From NCBI RefSeq assembly GCF_001194135.2, contig NC_068991.1, positions 22,013,048 through 22,052,372 of the forward strand: a stretch of 39,325 bases of DNA. The letters are read 5' to 3'. A model generated the notes under the pieces. The model made no database searches and was not told the DNA's origin. It was given only the letters and a program-made list of their open reading frames with translations. How positions within the stretch are numbered: the first letter of the stretch is position 1; each line of letters starts with the position of its first letter. Below, one piece after another: positions 12,121 to 22,997 of this stretch. The position numbers and the translations under genes were made by a program. The DNA is from Octopus bimaculoides. Its lineage: Eukaryota.

Positions 12121-14689
12121 TTATTTTAAGTTCTTCCCTCTCAGAACATCATCCTGCCTTAGAATCTCCACCTTGGATATTTTTTCCAATAGTCATTGGT
12201 TTGCAGTTGTTCAAAAGAAAACAACAACCACGAAGATCTTACCTGCCTCAGACGATATGTGAAGGGCTATGGTCATAGACCCTTCTCCTGACTAAACAAG
12301 ACTAAAAATTCTCACGGGAGAACCAAGAAACTTAGACTTGCTAGAAATAGCAGACAGGTTTCCCTTAATTCCCTACCTACTACATAGAAAAAGGATATCT
12401 AATATTACATTGGATAGGGTAGTATTTGATACATAATACCTGAAAGTAAAAGCTGCGATGGTCATTGTTGGAATGCTTTGATCATAGGACTACTGAATCA
12501 GTGCTGAGTTTGCGCTAAACAATAAAAAGGGAGCTTCTACGTTGTCTTTCGCCCAGGTAAAAACATCAGCCAAATTCTACGTCAAAAACAAAGCAGGATA
12601 CATTGGGTACCCTAGATAATCTCTGAAAACAGGACGGAGTGATCACCGGTGGAACGATTTAGGTCATAAGTCTGTAGAATCAGATTCCACCTTTAAAGTG
12701 AAAAAAACAAAACCGACGTATACGACAGGTGTGTAAAATATATTTGTGTATTTTTTCTGTTTATTCTTAATCTTCGTGTTTTTGCAAGATTGAAAAAAAA
12801 GTTTCGGAAAGCTAACATTTTAAAATTCTTCGGGAAGCGACACTGTGATAGTTTCTATATTTAACCGTGCGTGTATATTCCTATTTTTTTGCTCCTGTTC
12901 TCTTCTACTTCTCTACTAGAAACGTTTACTTTGGAATTTACTTCTATTGAGAAAAAAAAAATCGTGTGCATGTTATTTTTAACGAAAGTTTTCTTATGAC
13001 GGCTTCTCTTCACTGTCTAGAAATCTACGGATGCACATACGCACATAATNNNNNNNNNNNNNNNNNNNNNNNNNNNNNNNNNNNNNNNNNNNNNNNNNNN
13101 NNNNNNNNNNNNNNNNNNNNNNNNNNNNNNNNNNNNNNNNNNNNNNNNNNNNNNNNNNNNNNNNNNNNNNNNNNNNNNNNNNNNNNNNNNNNNNNNNNNN
13201 NNNNNNNNNNNNNNNNNNNNNNNNNNNNNNNNNNNNNNNNNNNNNNNNNNNNNNNNNNNNNNNNNNNNNNNNNNNNNNNNNNNNNNNNNNNNNNNNNNNN
13301 NNNNNNNNNNNNNNNNNNNNNNNNNNNNNNNNNNNNNNNNNNNNNNNNNNNNNNNNNNNNNNNNNNNNNNNNNNNNNNNNNNNNNNNNNNNNNNNNNNNN
13401 NNNNNNNNNNNNNNNNNNNNNNNNNNNNNNNNNNNNNNNNNNNNNNNNNNNNNNNNNNNNNNNNNNNNNNNNNNNNNNNNNNNNNNNNNNNNNNNNNNNN
13501 NNNNNNNNNNNNNNNNNNNNNNNNNNNNNNNNNNNNNNNNNNNNNNNNNNNNNNNNNNNNNNNNNNNNNNNNNNNNNNNNNNNNNNNNNNNNNNNNNNNN
13601 NNNNNNNNNNNNNNNNNNNNNNNNNNNNNNNNNNNNNNNNNNNNNNNNNNNNNNNNNNNNNNNNNNNNNNNNNNNNNNNNNNNNNNNNNNNNNNNNNNNN
13701 NNNNNNNNNNNNNNNNNNNNNNNNNNNNNNNNNNNNNNNNNTTTATAAGATTGAAATATAAAGCTTTGTATTTAAGAGAAAAAGATTCTGCTATGACTGA
13801 AATGTAACATCAAATCGTTAGAGGAAAAAAAAAACGAAACGAAAATTAATTCGATTTAACCTTAATATATTCTGCTGTTTATAATATATATACGGTACAA
13901 ATTGTTGTCACACCTTTATCTTTCGTGCATGACTTTAGAATTTTATATATATATATATATATATATATCTATATATATAATGAGAGAGGAGAAATTAGGC
14001 AATCTGGATTTTTACAGATCAATGTCGCTTCCAATTTCCTTCCGTGACTGTATTAAACATCTTTGCAACTTTATAATGGACATGTATATATTTCAGTGTG
14101 TATCCGTACAAGTGCATGCACTCGCTGGCGTTTTCTATAAACTTCACAGCAGACTAATCGACTTGAACAACTTCTAAAATTCACTTACTGAAACAATAAC
14201 CGCCACACAAGCACATCTTACATATCAATCAGCCGGACACTATAGCACTGTAAGATATTCACCTTAACTGAGTATAAGTAAACACTGGAATACCTTAGCA
14301 TGAAGGAGTGAAAGAGCTTGTTTTATATCTACACTATAAAGTTAACTATCTTTTAATGAGTATTCAATGACACAAATAGATGATAATACACAGCAAAGGC
14401 AGGCTATGAGATACATATATCCTTGTCAATACAAACGAATGGAAATGGTTATTAAAACAACGTTGAATTAATTATAACAACAGTCAAGGAACTAGGTTTT
14501 CAACAGTTATTTACTCATTTACTCGAATTTCGTATTTAGCAAAACAATATTTCGCCTTTTTAATATCTGCATATGTATACACAGGTACGTGAAAGAGAGA
14601 CACATGAATCCATACACGAATGCATACAGTCGCATAAATGCTTCAAACCATGACCACACCAACGACGTTGACTCAATTATATAAATATG

Positions 14690-14778
14690 AGTGTGTGTGT
14701 GTGTGTGTGTAAGACAAGATAGATAGATAGATAGACAGATAAATAGATAGATAGACAGATAAATAGATAGATAGATAT
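14690..14778. repeat. Compound (GT)n-(GATA/GACA)n microsatellite near ATP6V1D exon 1
   Basis: Directly visible. One of many (TA)n, (CA)n, (GA)n and (GAT)n tracts in the window. Confidence 0.95.
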
Positions 14779-14873
14779 CTGTGAGAATGTCGCAATATTT
14801 GAGTGGGTGTGTTTACATACATATACACATAATCGTTGGAATCCGTGAAAACAAGTCGTAAAGAAACACTTAC

Positions 14874-14911
14874 ATTCTCGATGGAAATACGTTAAGGCGG
14901 TCACTACTCAT
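14874..14911 (-). CDS. ATP6V1D: V-type proton ATPase subunit D, coding exon 1 (MSSDRLNVFPSR-M)
   Basis: Minus strand reads gccaaa ATG AGT AGT GAC CGC CTT AAC GTA TTT CCA TCG AGA AT|gtaagt. It matches the conserved xxDRxxxFPSRM N-terminus of V-ATPase D. The phase-2 end joins exon 2 (AT+G = Met). Not in the ORF track because it is only 38 bp. Confidence 0.93.
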
Positions 14912-15028
14912 TTTGGCAGGACTGTTATACTTTGATGTTATTCAACAAAGGAGACAGACAAAAGGACACTGCAGTCTACGAAATGAAGTCTTTGAAGAAA
15001 ACAACCACCTGATGTTGCCTTTACTTTG

Positions 15029-15036
15029 TCACATGA
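15029..15036. promoter_or_regulatory. M-box/CLEAR-like E-box (TCACATGA = reverse complement of TCATGTGA) upstream of ATP6V1D
   Basis: GTCACATGAT at 15028-15037, 118 bp upstream of the ATG, in CpG-retaining unique sequence. MiT/TFE factors are known to regulate V-ATPase genes through this motif. Confidence 0.6.
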
Positions 15037-15115
15037 TCCGGTGTCGAGCCAGTTTAGTCTCTCTTGTATTAATTGATTACCATCGCAGCAATTAGTCAAT
15101 AGAAAGTACTCAAAA

Positions 15116-15166
<51 letters not shown>

Positions 15167-15574
15167 NNNNNNNNNNTTAAGTTAGACATGGCCTGGACCA
15201 ATCTTTGGTCGAAACAAATCTAAGTTTTATCTAAGTTTATATATATATATATATATTCACCCACACATGTGAGCGACAAATACAAAACTATATTTTGCAT
15301 TCAAATACCAAAGGTACTGTTAGATATAGAGTTTATTGAAGCAGGAAAACTTTAGAAACTAACTCCTGGTGTCATGTAATCAGTCATTACACAGAAGTAA
15401 ACTTTCAGAAAAATACAATGGTTTTAAATAGTGCTGAGAGAATTGGTAGATAATTAAATAAATATGTAAAACTGATTGGACAAGAGACTGACACATTACA
15501 AAATTGAAATAATCTTTTAGTTAAGTCAATCAACCATTGAGAAAAATAATGTAAATATTTTAAATAAGTGAAAT

Positions 15575-15785
15575 AGCAGTTGCGGGCTGGAAGAGGCCTC
15601 AGGGAAGGCCCCCACACCAGATGGCTGGATGTGATTGGAGAAGATCTCCAGAGGCTTGACAGCAGCTCAAAGGGTGCAAAAAGGCTGGCGATGGAGAGCA
15701 CTGGTGGACCTGGTCAGCTGTCTTGGACCATTAACTTGGAATGGCCCTATTCCCATCAAGTAAGAGCATGAAGCCAAGAAGAAGA
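15575..15785 (+). mobile_element. 3' end of a second RTE-like LINE subfamily
   Basis: ORF 15580..15771 contains GPHTRWLDVIGEDLQRL, resembling the GRPxxRWxDxIxxDL terminus, and is followed by an aagaagaagaa tail. Confidence 0.65.
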
Positions 15786-15799
15786 AATAAAAAATATGA

Positions 15800-17730
15800 T
15801 AATGAAGAAACTGGGAATAGATGAGTGGCTCGTAAGAGCTGTACAAGCTCTGCTTAGGGATGCTGTCAGTAAGGTGAGGGTTGGCAATGAGTATAGTGAA
15901 GAATTCTAAGTAGAAGTAGGGGTTCACCAAGGATCAATCCTCAGCGCCCTCTTATTCATTATAGTCCTCCAAGCAATAACAGAGGAATTCAAGACAGGCT
16001 GTCCCTGGGAGCTCCTCTATGCTGATGACCTTGCTCTAATAGCCAAGTCACTGCCAGAACGAGAGACAAAGTTTAGGGTGCAGAAGCAAGGTCTAGAACT
16101 GAAAGGCCTTAGGGTTAACCTAGCCAAAACCAAAGTCTTAGTAAGTAGGAAGGCTGTCAAATCACAACCCCCTTCAGGTAGATGGCCCTGCTTGATCTGT
16201 AGAAAAGGCGCGAGTANNNNNNNNNNCAACCCCCTTCAGGTAGATGGCCCTGCTTGATCTGTAGAAAAGGCGCGAGTAGAAACTCTATACGATGTACTCG
16301 CTGTAAGCTATGGACTCATAAAAGTGCAGCAATATCAAAGGAAGGTTAACCAGGAAAATAGTTTTTGTGTATGGCAGATGCACTGGGGCAATAAACACTG
16401 AAGATGTACAGAAAACAGATTCCATCACATGCCAGGGGAAGAAACTAGAAGTAGTTAATAGCTTCTGCTACCTAGGCGACCAAGTCTGTAGTGGGGGTGG
16501 TTGCTCTGAGAGTGTAACGACTAGAGTAATAATAGCCTGGGTAAAGTTCAGGGAGCTCCTACTTCTGCTGGCAACTAAAGGCCTCTCGCTCAGAGTGAAA
16601 GGTAGACTGTATGATGCATGTGTGCGAACTGCCATGCTACACGGCAGTGAAACATGGGCCATGAATGCTGAGGACATGTGTAGGCTTGAAAGAAATGAAG
16701 CTAGTATGATCCGCTGGATGTGTAATGTCAGTGTGCATTCATGACAGAGTGTAAGCACCCTGAGAGAAAAGTTAGGCATAAGAAGCATCAGATGTGGTGT
16801 GCAAGAGAGGCTGCTGCACTGGCATGGCCATGTGTTACATATCAATGAAGACAACTGAGTGAGGAAGTGCCACTCCCTAACTGTAGAAGAGGTATACCCA
16901 GGAAGACATGGGATGAGGTGGTGAAGCATAACCTTCGAACAGACACAATGACAGGAGACTAGTACCTTTGGAGATACGCTGTGATTGAGAAGACCCAGCA
17001 GCTAAAGTGAGATGGCAGCCACACACATCCAGCCTTGTTAAAAATACTTGTGAAGCATCAGGCGATATGATATGCTTGAGAAGATCTGTTGAGTCAAGTA
17101 AAACCAATACCATAGCTGGGGCTGGTGCTCCCTGGCTGGCTCCCATGCCGATGGCACATAAAACACACCATCCGAACTTGGTTGATGCCAGGTCCGCCTG
17201 ACTGGCCCCTGTGTCAGTAGCACGTAAAAAGCATCAACCAATCATGACCAATGCCAGTACCCTCTGACCGGCTCCTGCACCGGTGGCACTTAAAAAGCAC
17301 CATCCAAACATATTCATTGCCAGGCCCACCTTACTGGCTCCAGTGCTAATGGTATGTAAAAAGCACCAACCAATCATGAGCAACGCCAGTACCCCCTTAC
17401 TGGTTCCTGTGCCCCTGGCATGTAAAAAGCACCATCCGAACATGGTCATTGCCAGGCCCACCTTACTGGCTCGTGTGCTGGTGACACGTAAAAAGCACCT
17501 ACTACATTCACTGAGTGGCTGGCCTTAGGAAGGGCATCCAGCTGTAGAAACTCTGCCAGATTATTTTCTTTTATCAAGGCATAACGCTTCATTTTATTGA
17601 ACTTTATTTCAATCATCATCATTGCCATCATCATCTTCATTGGAGCCTGGTGCAGCTGCTGGCTCTCCAGACCTTAGTCAAACCCATGCCAACATGGAAA
17701 ACGGATGTTAATCGATGATGATGATGAAGA
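15800..17730 (+). mobile_element. 5'-truncated RTE-type LINE (about 1.9 kb): RT core with YADD, C-terminus, ~66-bp tandem-repeat 3' UTR and (GAT)n tail
   Basis: GVHQGSILSALLFIIVLQAITEEFKTGCPWELLYADDLALI near 15920-16040, ORF 16367..16744, stops and frameshifts present. Confidence 0.92.
17110..17500 (+). repeat. Minisatellite of about six ~65-67-bp units in the RTE 3' UTR, with alternating A/B unit types
   Basis: The gtaaaaagcacc-like anchor recurs near 17160, 17227, 17292, 17359, 17426 and 17490. Confidence 0.85.
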
Positions 17731-18134
17731 TGAAGGCATTGAGCCTTGGTGTTGGAAAATAGTTATGATGTCTGCTGCCAGGGAAAAATTCTGGTAAAAA
17801 CTATATTAAGTTTAATGTAGTGATTCAACAATAAAATTAAAATAAGAACAAACAAGGATGTAAATAAAAAAAAAATTGGTATGAGGGCAGAGTGCAAAGA
17901 CAGAAGAAAAGGGAATAAAAGAGAGATTTTGCAAGAAAAGGGAGAGGGGAGAAAATAAAAAGAGAGAGTGGTTAAGAGTAGTATGGGTCTTGATTCAAAG
18001 CCTTGTAGTGAGGTTCTTGCTGAGTTTTGTACCATTGCTCTCAGATTTTCCCAGCTCAGAACTAAACTGTTAACTTTTGCTCTTCATTGTATAAACATTC
18101 TCCAAGCAAAATGAGGCACCTTGATTTTGTATTG

Positions 18135-18557
18135 CAATCTTTCTGATTTAGCGGACACCATTTTTTATTTGGTGTGTTTTCTACCGAAACACTTTAAAAC
18201 TTCGTATACTTGTATATTTTGTCTTATAGAACAGAAAATTTTTTTTTATATTTGAAGTTATTTCATGTTAAAAGTTGTTGTATTTCGGTAATTTCAACCA
18301 ATCACTGACGTCTATTGAGGTGAAAACAATTACTGCTGTGGATTGTCAACAACACATTGTGGCGGTGTAATGGGATCTTTTCCCTTGAATAAAATTAGTG
18401 CCGTTGTTTGTCAGCAACAACTATCAGCGGTACTGTTATTTATGACATCATTCATGCGTTTGTACTGGTTTTAGCTTTAAGGTTTTAGGGTTAGGGTTCA
18501 GGTTTTAGAGTTAGGGTTACGGTTAGGGGGTTAGGGTTTTAGGGTTAGGGTTAAGGT
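18135..18557. mobile_element. Unclassified CpG-retaining repeat ending in a degenerate (TTAGGG)n tract
   Basis: CpG-rich segment bounded by a telomere-like tract at 18481-18557. Element status is inferred from composition. Confidence 0.45.
18481..18557 (+). repeat. Interstitial telomere-like (TTAGGG)n repeat, degenerate
   Basis: ttttagggttagggttcaggttttagagttagggttacggttagggggttagggttttagggttagggttaagg. Confidence 0.85.
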
Positions 18558-18726
18558 TCTTATCTCATGCTCATGTGAATTCTTCATACTCCAGTGATTC
18601 TATTGATTTGATAAATATTCCTAAGGACCAAAATTCAAATAAAGAATTATTACAGCTTGAGAACTCTGTGTCATTGTTCCTTTCACATGCAGCCTATCAA
18701 TTACTGTAAACAGCCAACAAAGAATA

Positions 18727-18758
18727 TATGAAGGGACAAACATGTTTGTCCCTTCATA
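18727..18758. repeat. Perfect 32-bp palindrome TATGAAGGGACAAACATGTTTGTCCCTTCATA
   Basis: The sequence equals its own reverse complement and is bounded by TA. Confidence 0.95.
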
Positions 18759-20274
18759 AGATGAACCTATCAATTGATGGGGAGGCATGACCCTTTTGGA
18801 GTCGAAAATACTTCAAATCCATAAATATTAAAAGTGATCTTAAATAATATCTTATGAATATGAAAAATTATTACCTAATAAAGATATGGGATACAGAAAC
18901 ATATGTTGTGATGCATTAATAAAGCCTATAATTTTCCCTCCACAAGTGCTTGATATTGGGAAAAGTATCCAGCTATAAAAACCAAGCCAAAACAGGCCTC
19001 GCCAGTGCTGGTGCCACGTAAAAAGTACTCAATTCACTCTGTAAGGTAGTTGGTGTTAAGAAGGGCATCTAGCTGTAAAAACCCAGTTGAAACCGACGGT
19101 GAGGCCTGGTGCAGTCTTCTGCCTAGCCAGACCCTGTCAAAACAGACAGTGAGGCCTGGTGAAGCCTTCTGCCTAACAATGCCCTGTCAAACCATCCAAC
19201 CATGCCAGCATGGGAAACAGGCATTAGATGATGATGATGATGATGATGATGAAATTATTATTGTTATTATTATATTTATCCTAAGCTGAAACTAGTTCTA
19301 CATTGTATAACCATACCATCAGATTACCCTGGAAGATGGAATTAACAGGTGGTAACCAACCACATATGAGCTTTTAAGAGTGCATTATGAGGCTTTTGAC
19401 CAAACAAAACACACACACACACACACATATAAGTGAGGGGTGTAAAAGAAATAGAAAGTAATGTGGATGTACAGAATGAGGGAGTGGAAGTGGGGAGAAA
19501 GCAAAGACAATAAATTAGATAGATATCTAGTGAAGGGTGAAGAATAATGCAATTGTGTATTTTGCTTCAGTATCCAAACTCATAAAAAAGAACTGCTCAA
19601 AAATCAACAGACAAAAAACATAGTTTGAAATGGTTCAAAAGCAAAAGAAAAAAATGCATAAAAAAACAATAAGATAGTGTTTACCAGGATTCTTTCCTTG
19701 ACAGCAGAAATTATAACTATTTTCTTTTATCAAGGCATAATGCTTCATTTTATTGAATTTTATTTCAATCATCATCATTGACATCATCATCTTCATTATT
19801 GTTACTAGTACATGACCCGTCAATAAGGAAAAAAAACAATGCTATGTTTAGAATAACATTTCAGTTTAATTCAACTATTGTTTGAGAAATACACAAAAGA
19901 TATAATTTGATAATATATTTACATATGGGTCTGTGAATCTTCTCAGATGCAAAAGCCTTTGTATTAATGATGGAAGTTTTATCTTACCTTTTTGCCGAAT
20001 TCACAAACTGACTGGTGGGAATAAAATGACCTGTTAGTTTTCCTCTCTGTTCATATATATACATGTGTGTGTGTGTATGCATGCATTACCAGTACCATAA
20101 ATCTGTCTATCTATCTATCTCTTTCTTTCTCTCCCTCCCCTTCTCAACTCTACTTTTCTACCCCCCCCTCTCTGTCTAACTCTACTTTTCCTCTATCTAA
20201 TTATTGATGGCTTCAGACAGACAGACGGACGGACGCGGTTCTTATTATAGCATAAGATTACTATTGTTATTAAG

Positions 20275-20480
20275 GAGGGAGCTGGCAGAATCGTTAACCT
20301 GCTAAGAAAAATGCTTTGCAGGGTTTTATCCATTTTTACATTGAGTTCAAATTCCACCAAGGTCAACTTTACCTTTCATCCTTTTGGGATCAATAAAATA
20401 GGTACCTGTTGAACACTGGGGTCAATGTAATCGACTTCCCCTTGTCCCAACATTTACTGACCTTGTGCCAAAATTTGAAA
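20275..20480 (+). mobile_element. tRNA-derived SINE, family 2
   Basis: gagctggcagaatcgtt...gagttcaaattcc...ctttcatccttttggg...gtcaatgtaatcgactt...ttgaaaccattattatt. Confidence 0.85.
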
Positions 20481-20494
20481 CCATTATTATTATT

Positions 20495-21080
20495 ATTACC
20501 TCTGCGTTAGCAAAGGCGGGGGTATTGTTTACAGTCATGTTTGTTTGTTCTTCCATGGACAGGATATCTCAAGAACCGCTGGATGTATTTGGATGAAACT
20601 TTCAGGGATGTTTGGCCTTGTGACTGGCATGAACTGATTTTGGGATCGATCTGTTACCAGGCAAGAATTCTGAATTCTTTGTTATATTTACTTTACATGA
20701 TTATGATCTTATGTTAACTTTCAAGTCTTTCTCAGTTATCTCCCTTTAAGCTGTAACTATTTTGAATGATGAATTTGTTAATTCTAGCTTGTATTAGATA
20801 AAGATAAACTATTTATTATTGTTACTAAATTTTCTACAGTACCTTCATATTCCATGACTACCATAGGGATCAATCAGGTACCGGACAAGGATTCTGGATT
20901 ATTTTTGCATTATTTTTACGTAATTCTTGAGAGCAGTCAGTTTCATCTTTAGTATTCTCATTTGTGAGAGCAACTGAGTTTATTTCAGATATTCTCATTT
21001 TAAAAATCATCTCTGGCTAATCGTTGAGAGGATGATGGTGTTTCCTTGGTGGAGGTTTGCGCTCTCTTAGTGTTCTTGTT
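20495..21080 (+). mobile_element. Non-autonomous Helentron-associated (HINE/DINE-like) element, copy 1
   Basis: 5' attacctctgc...ggtattgtt..cagtcatgtttgtttgt and 3' ccttggtggaggtttgcgctctc..gtg.tcttgtt, with subterminal inverted repeats. Family assignment is by motif recognition. Confidence 0.6.
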
Positions 21081-21090
21081 ATTATTGTTA

Positions 21091-21546
21091 ATTAACTCCA
21101 CCTTAACGAAGGTGAAGGTATTGTTTTCAGTCATGTATGTTTGTTTGTCCGTGGACAAGATATCTTAAGAACCGCTGGATGGTTTCAGATGAAACTTTCA
21201 GAGATGTTTGGCCTCGTGACTGGCATGAAGTGTTAGATTTTGGGATCAATCCAGTTCCAGACAAGGATTCTGGGTAATTTTTTTTATATTGTCTTTACTT
21301 TACATGTAAAGTTTCGCATAGTTTCTTGTACACGCACACACATATACTCACACATTTTCAGTGTTGAACATTACCATCCCATTTCTATTGTACACACACA
21401 CACATGCATGCAAACATACCTCTCTTTTACACACACATATACTCACACTTCAAACACCATTTATTGGCTTTTTCACTCCTTCCTTTGTTATTCATCTGTC
21501 ACCCCTTCCTTTCTCATTCATACCCTCACCTCTCACTCTGGCTCTA

Positions 21547-21601
<55 letters not shown>

Positions 21602-21884
21602 TATAAAAAGACAACGCTCATTATTCTATTAGGAGATTATTACATACATTTTAACACTTTACAGTATATTTACATGTATACATAATTCTATACATCGATC
21701 TAATACAACAGGATTACTAAAGAAAAATTGAAATTGAAGAGAAGAGAAAACAAAAAAGGTCTCATGATATTCTTTGAAGGATTTTATTTCAGATATTCTC
21801 ATTTTAAAAATCATCTCCGGTTAATCGATGAGAGGATGTTGGTGTTGCATTGGTGGAGGTTTGCGCTCTCTGAGTGCTCTTGTT
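21091..21884 (+). mobile_element. Non-autonomous Helentron-associated (HINE/DINE-like) element, copy 2, head-to-tail with copy 1
   Basis: Same termini (actccacc...ggtggaggtttgcgctctctgagtgctcttgtt) with about 500 bp of different interior including (TA)n(CA)n. Confidence 0.6.
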
Positions 21885-22526
21885 ATTCATTATTTTGATG
21901 TCCACTTTTCCATGCTTGTATGTATTGGCTGGAGTTTATTGAGGCAGATTTTCTATGGCTGGGTGCTTTTCCTGCTCACAACCCTTACCTGTTTCCAAGT
22001 AAGGTACTTTTCAATAGCCAATCAACGTAAGTCAACAGATACCATCAATATTGAAGCATTCATTTACCAACTGATACTCAGTGCACTATTTAAAACCTTT
22101 ATATTATGCCAAAGGTTTACTTCTGGCACAAACTGAACAGACATGCCACATAGCATGCAGCCATATGTATCAATGTTCCATCAACACCTCCTGAAATTTG
22201 AGCTCACCACTTTTTATCTCACCTTCTTTGGTCTTAGTCAACTACTGGTACTCTATATATGGGACATTTCCAGCCAGTACTCATTATTCATTCACATCAC
22301 ATCTATACTAGTACCCTCATCTCCCCTGCATACACTGACTGGTACTTTTAATGCCTGGCTCACATATCTAAATTTTGTACTCGAATTAACATTACATGTT
22401 CCATGAATTTCATTGACTTGCTTTTCTCTCCAACTTCTACTGATCTTCAGACAGTCAATGCTCAAGTATTTCCACAATGCAATAATACATTTTTGATATA
22501 TAATTCATACTGTCCCTCCTTTTCAG

Positions 22527-22556
22527 TGTGAGAGAAATCCTTTGTTGACAACAGAG
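22527..22556 (+). CDS. Candidate 30-bp micro-exon, copy A (CERNPLLTTE), gene unidentified
   Basis: tccctccttttcag| acceptor and GAG|gtaact donor. Only phase 0 is open. Confidence 0.35.
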
Positions 22557-22922
22557 GTAACTGCTTCTTTGCCTTTCTTGATAAGAATTGCAATTAATCC
22601 TAGATTTTAATTGATTAAAAATGAATTCTTCTTGGTTTATGATATTACATAACTTACACTTAAGTATATGGGCTACATGCAGAAGACATTCTCTTTACTT
22701 GTTTCAGTCATTTAACTGCAGCATTTTTGATATATACTGTATTTTAACATGCATAAGGAATCCCTTAATTTTTGAGGCTTAAAATTTGGAAAAAAGGTTT
22801 TGTAAGGGATTATATTACTATCTATGTATAAGAAACTCCCATATTTTTTTAACCTAATATTTGACAAAAGAGTGTTTCTTATACACATTAAAATATGGTA
22901 ATTCAAATTGTCTCTCCTTTAC

Positions 22923-22997
22923 AGTGTGAGAGAAATCCTTTGCTGACAACAGAGGTAACTGCTTCTTTGCCTTTCTTGATAAGAATTGCAATTGATC
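22923..22997 (-). CDS. Candidate 75-bp exon (DQLQFLSRKAKKQLPLLSAKDFSHT), alternative reading of the duplicated unit
   Basis: aaatctag| acceptor (weak pyrimidine tract) and ACT|gtaaag donor. Phase 0-0, in frame after 23833-23874. Confidence 0.25.
22925..22954 (+). CDS. Candidate 30-bp micro-exon, copy B (CERNPLLTTE), gene unidentified
   Basis: tgtctctcctttacag| acceptor and GAG|gtaact donor. Differs from copy A by one synonymous change (TTG/CTG). Confidence 0.35.

Noticed and set aside
12966-13748. Long ORFs of 260 aa here, 180 aa at 37499-38041, and others near 7364-7666
   Set aside because: They are open only because they run through N gaps.
14913-15095. Head-to-head EIF2S1, as in the human ATP6V1D locus
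   Set aside because: No eIF2-alpha peptide (e.g. MPGLSCRFY, ELSRRRIRS) was found on the plus strand anywhere in the window. The short ORF here is antisense to the 5' UTR/promoter with no recognisable product.
16165-16278. Exact ~52-bp duplication inside the RTE LINE
   Set aside because: Also flanks a 10-N gap, so the same artefact.
17110-17500. CRISPR-like repeat/spacer appearance
   Set aside because: The apparent spacers are homologous to each other, the array is within a LINE 3' UTR, the DNA is eukaryotic and there are no cas genes.
19990-20049. Minus-strand exon candidates ending at AAG|gtaaga (also 24236-24281 and a 13-bp one near 33950-33962)
   Set aside because: Donors are good, but acceptors are weak or phases do not fit the neighbouring candidates. 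Chance matches are expected in AT-rich DNA.
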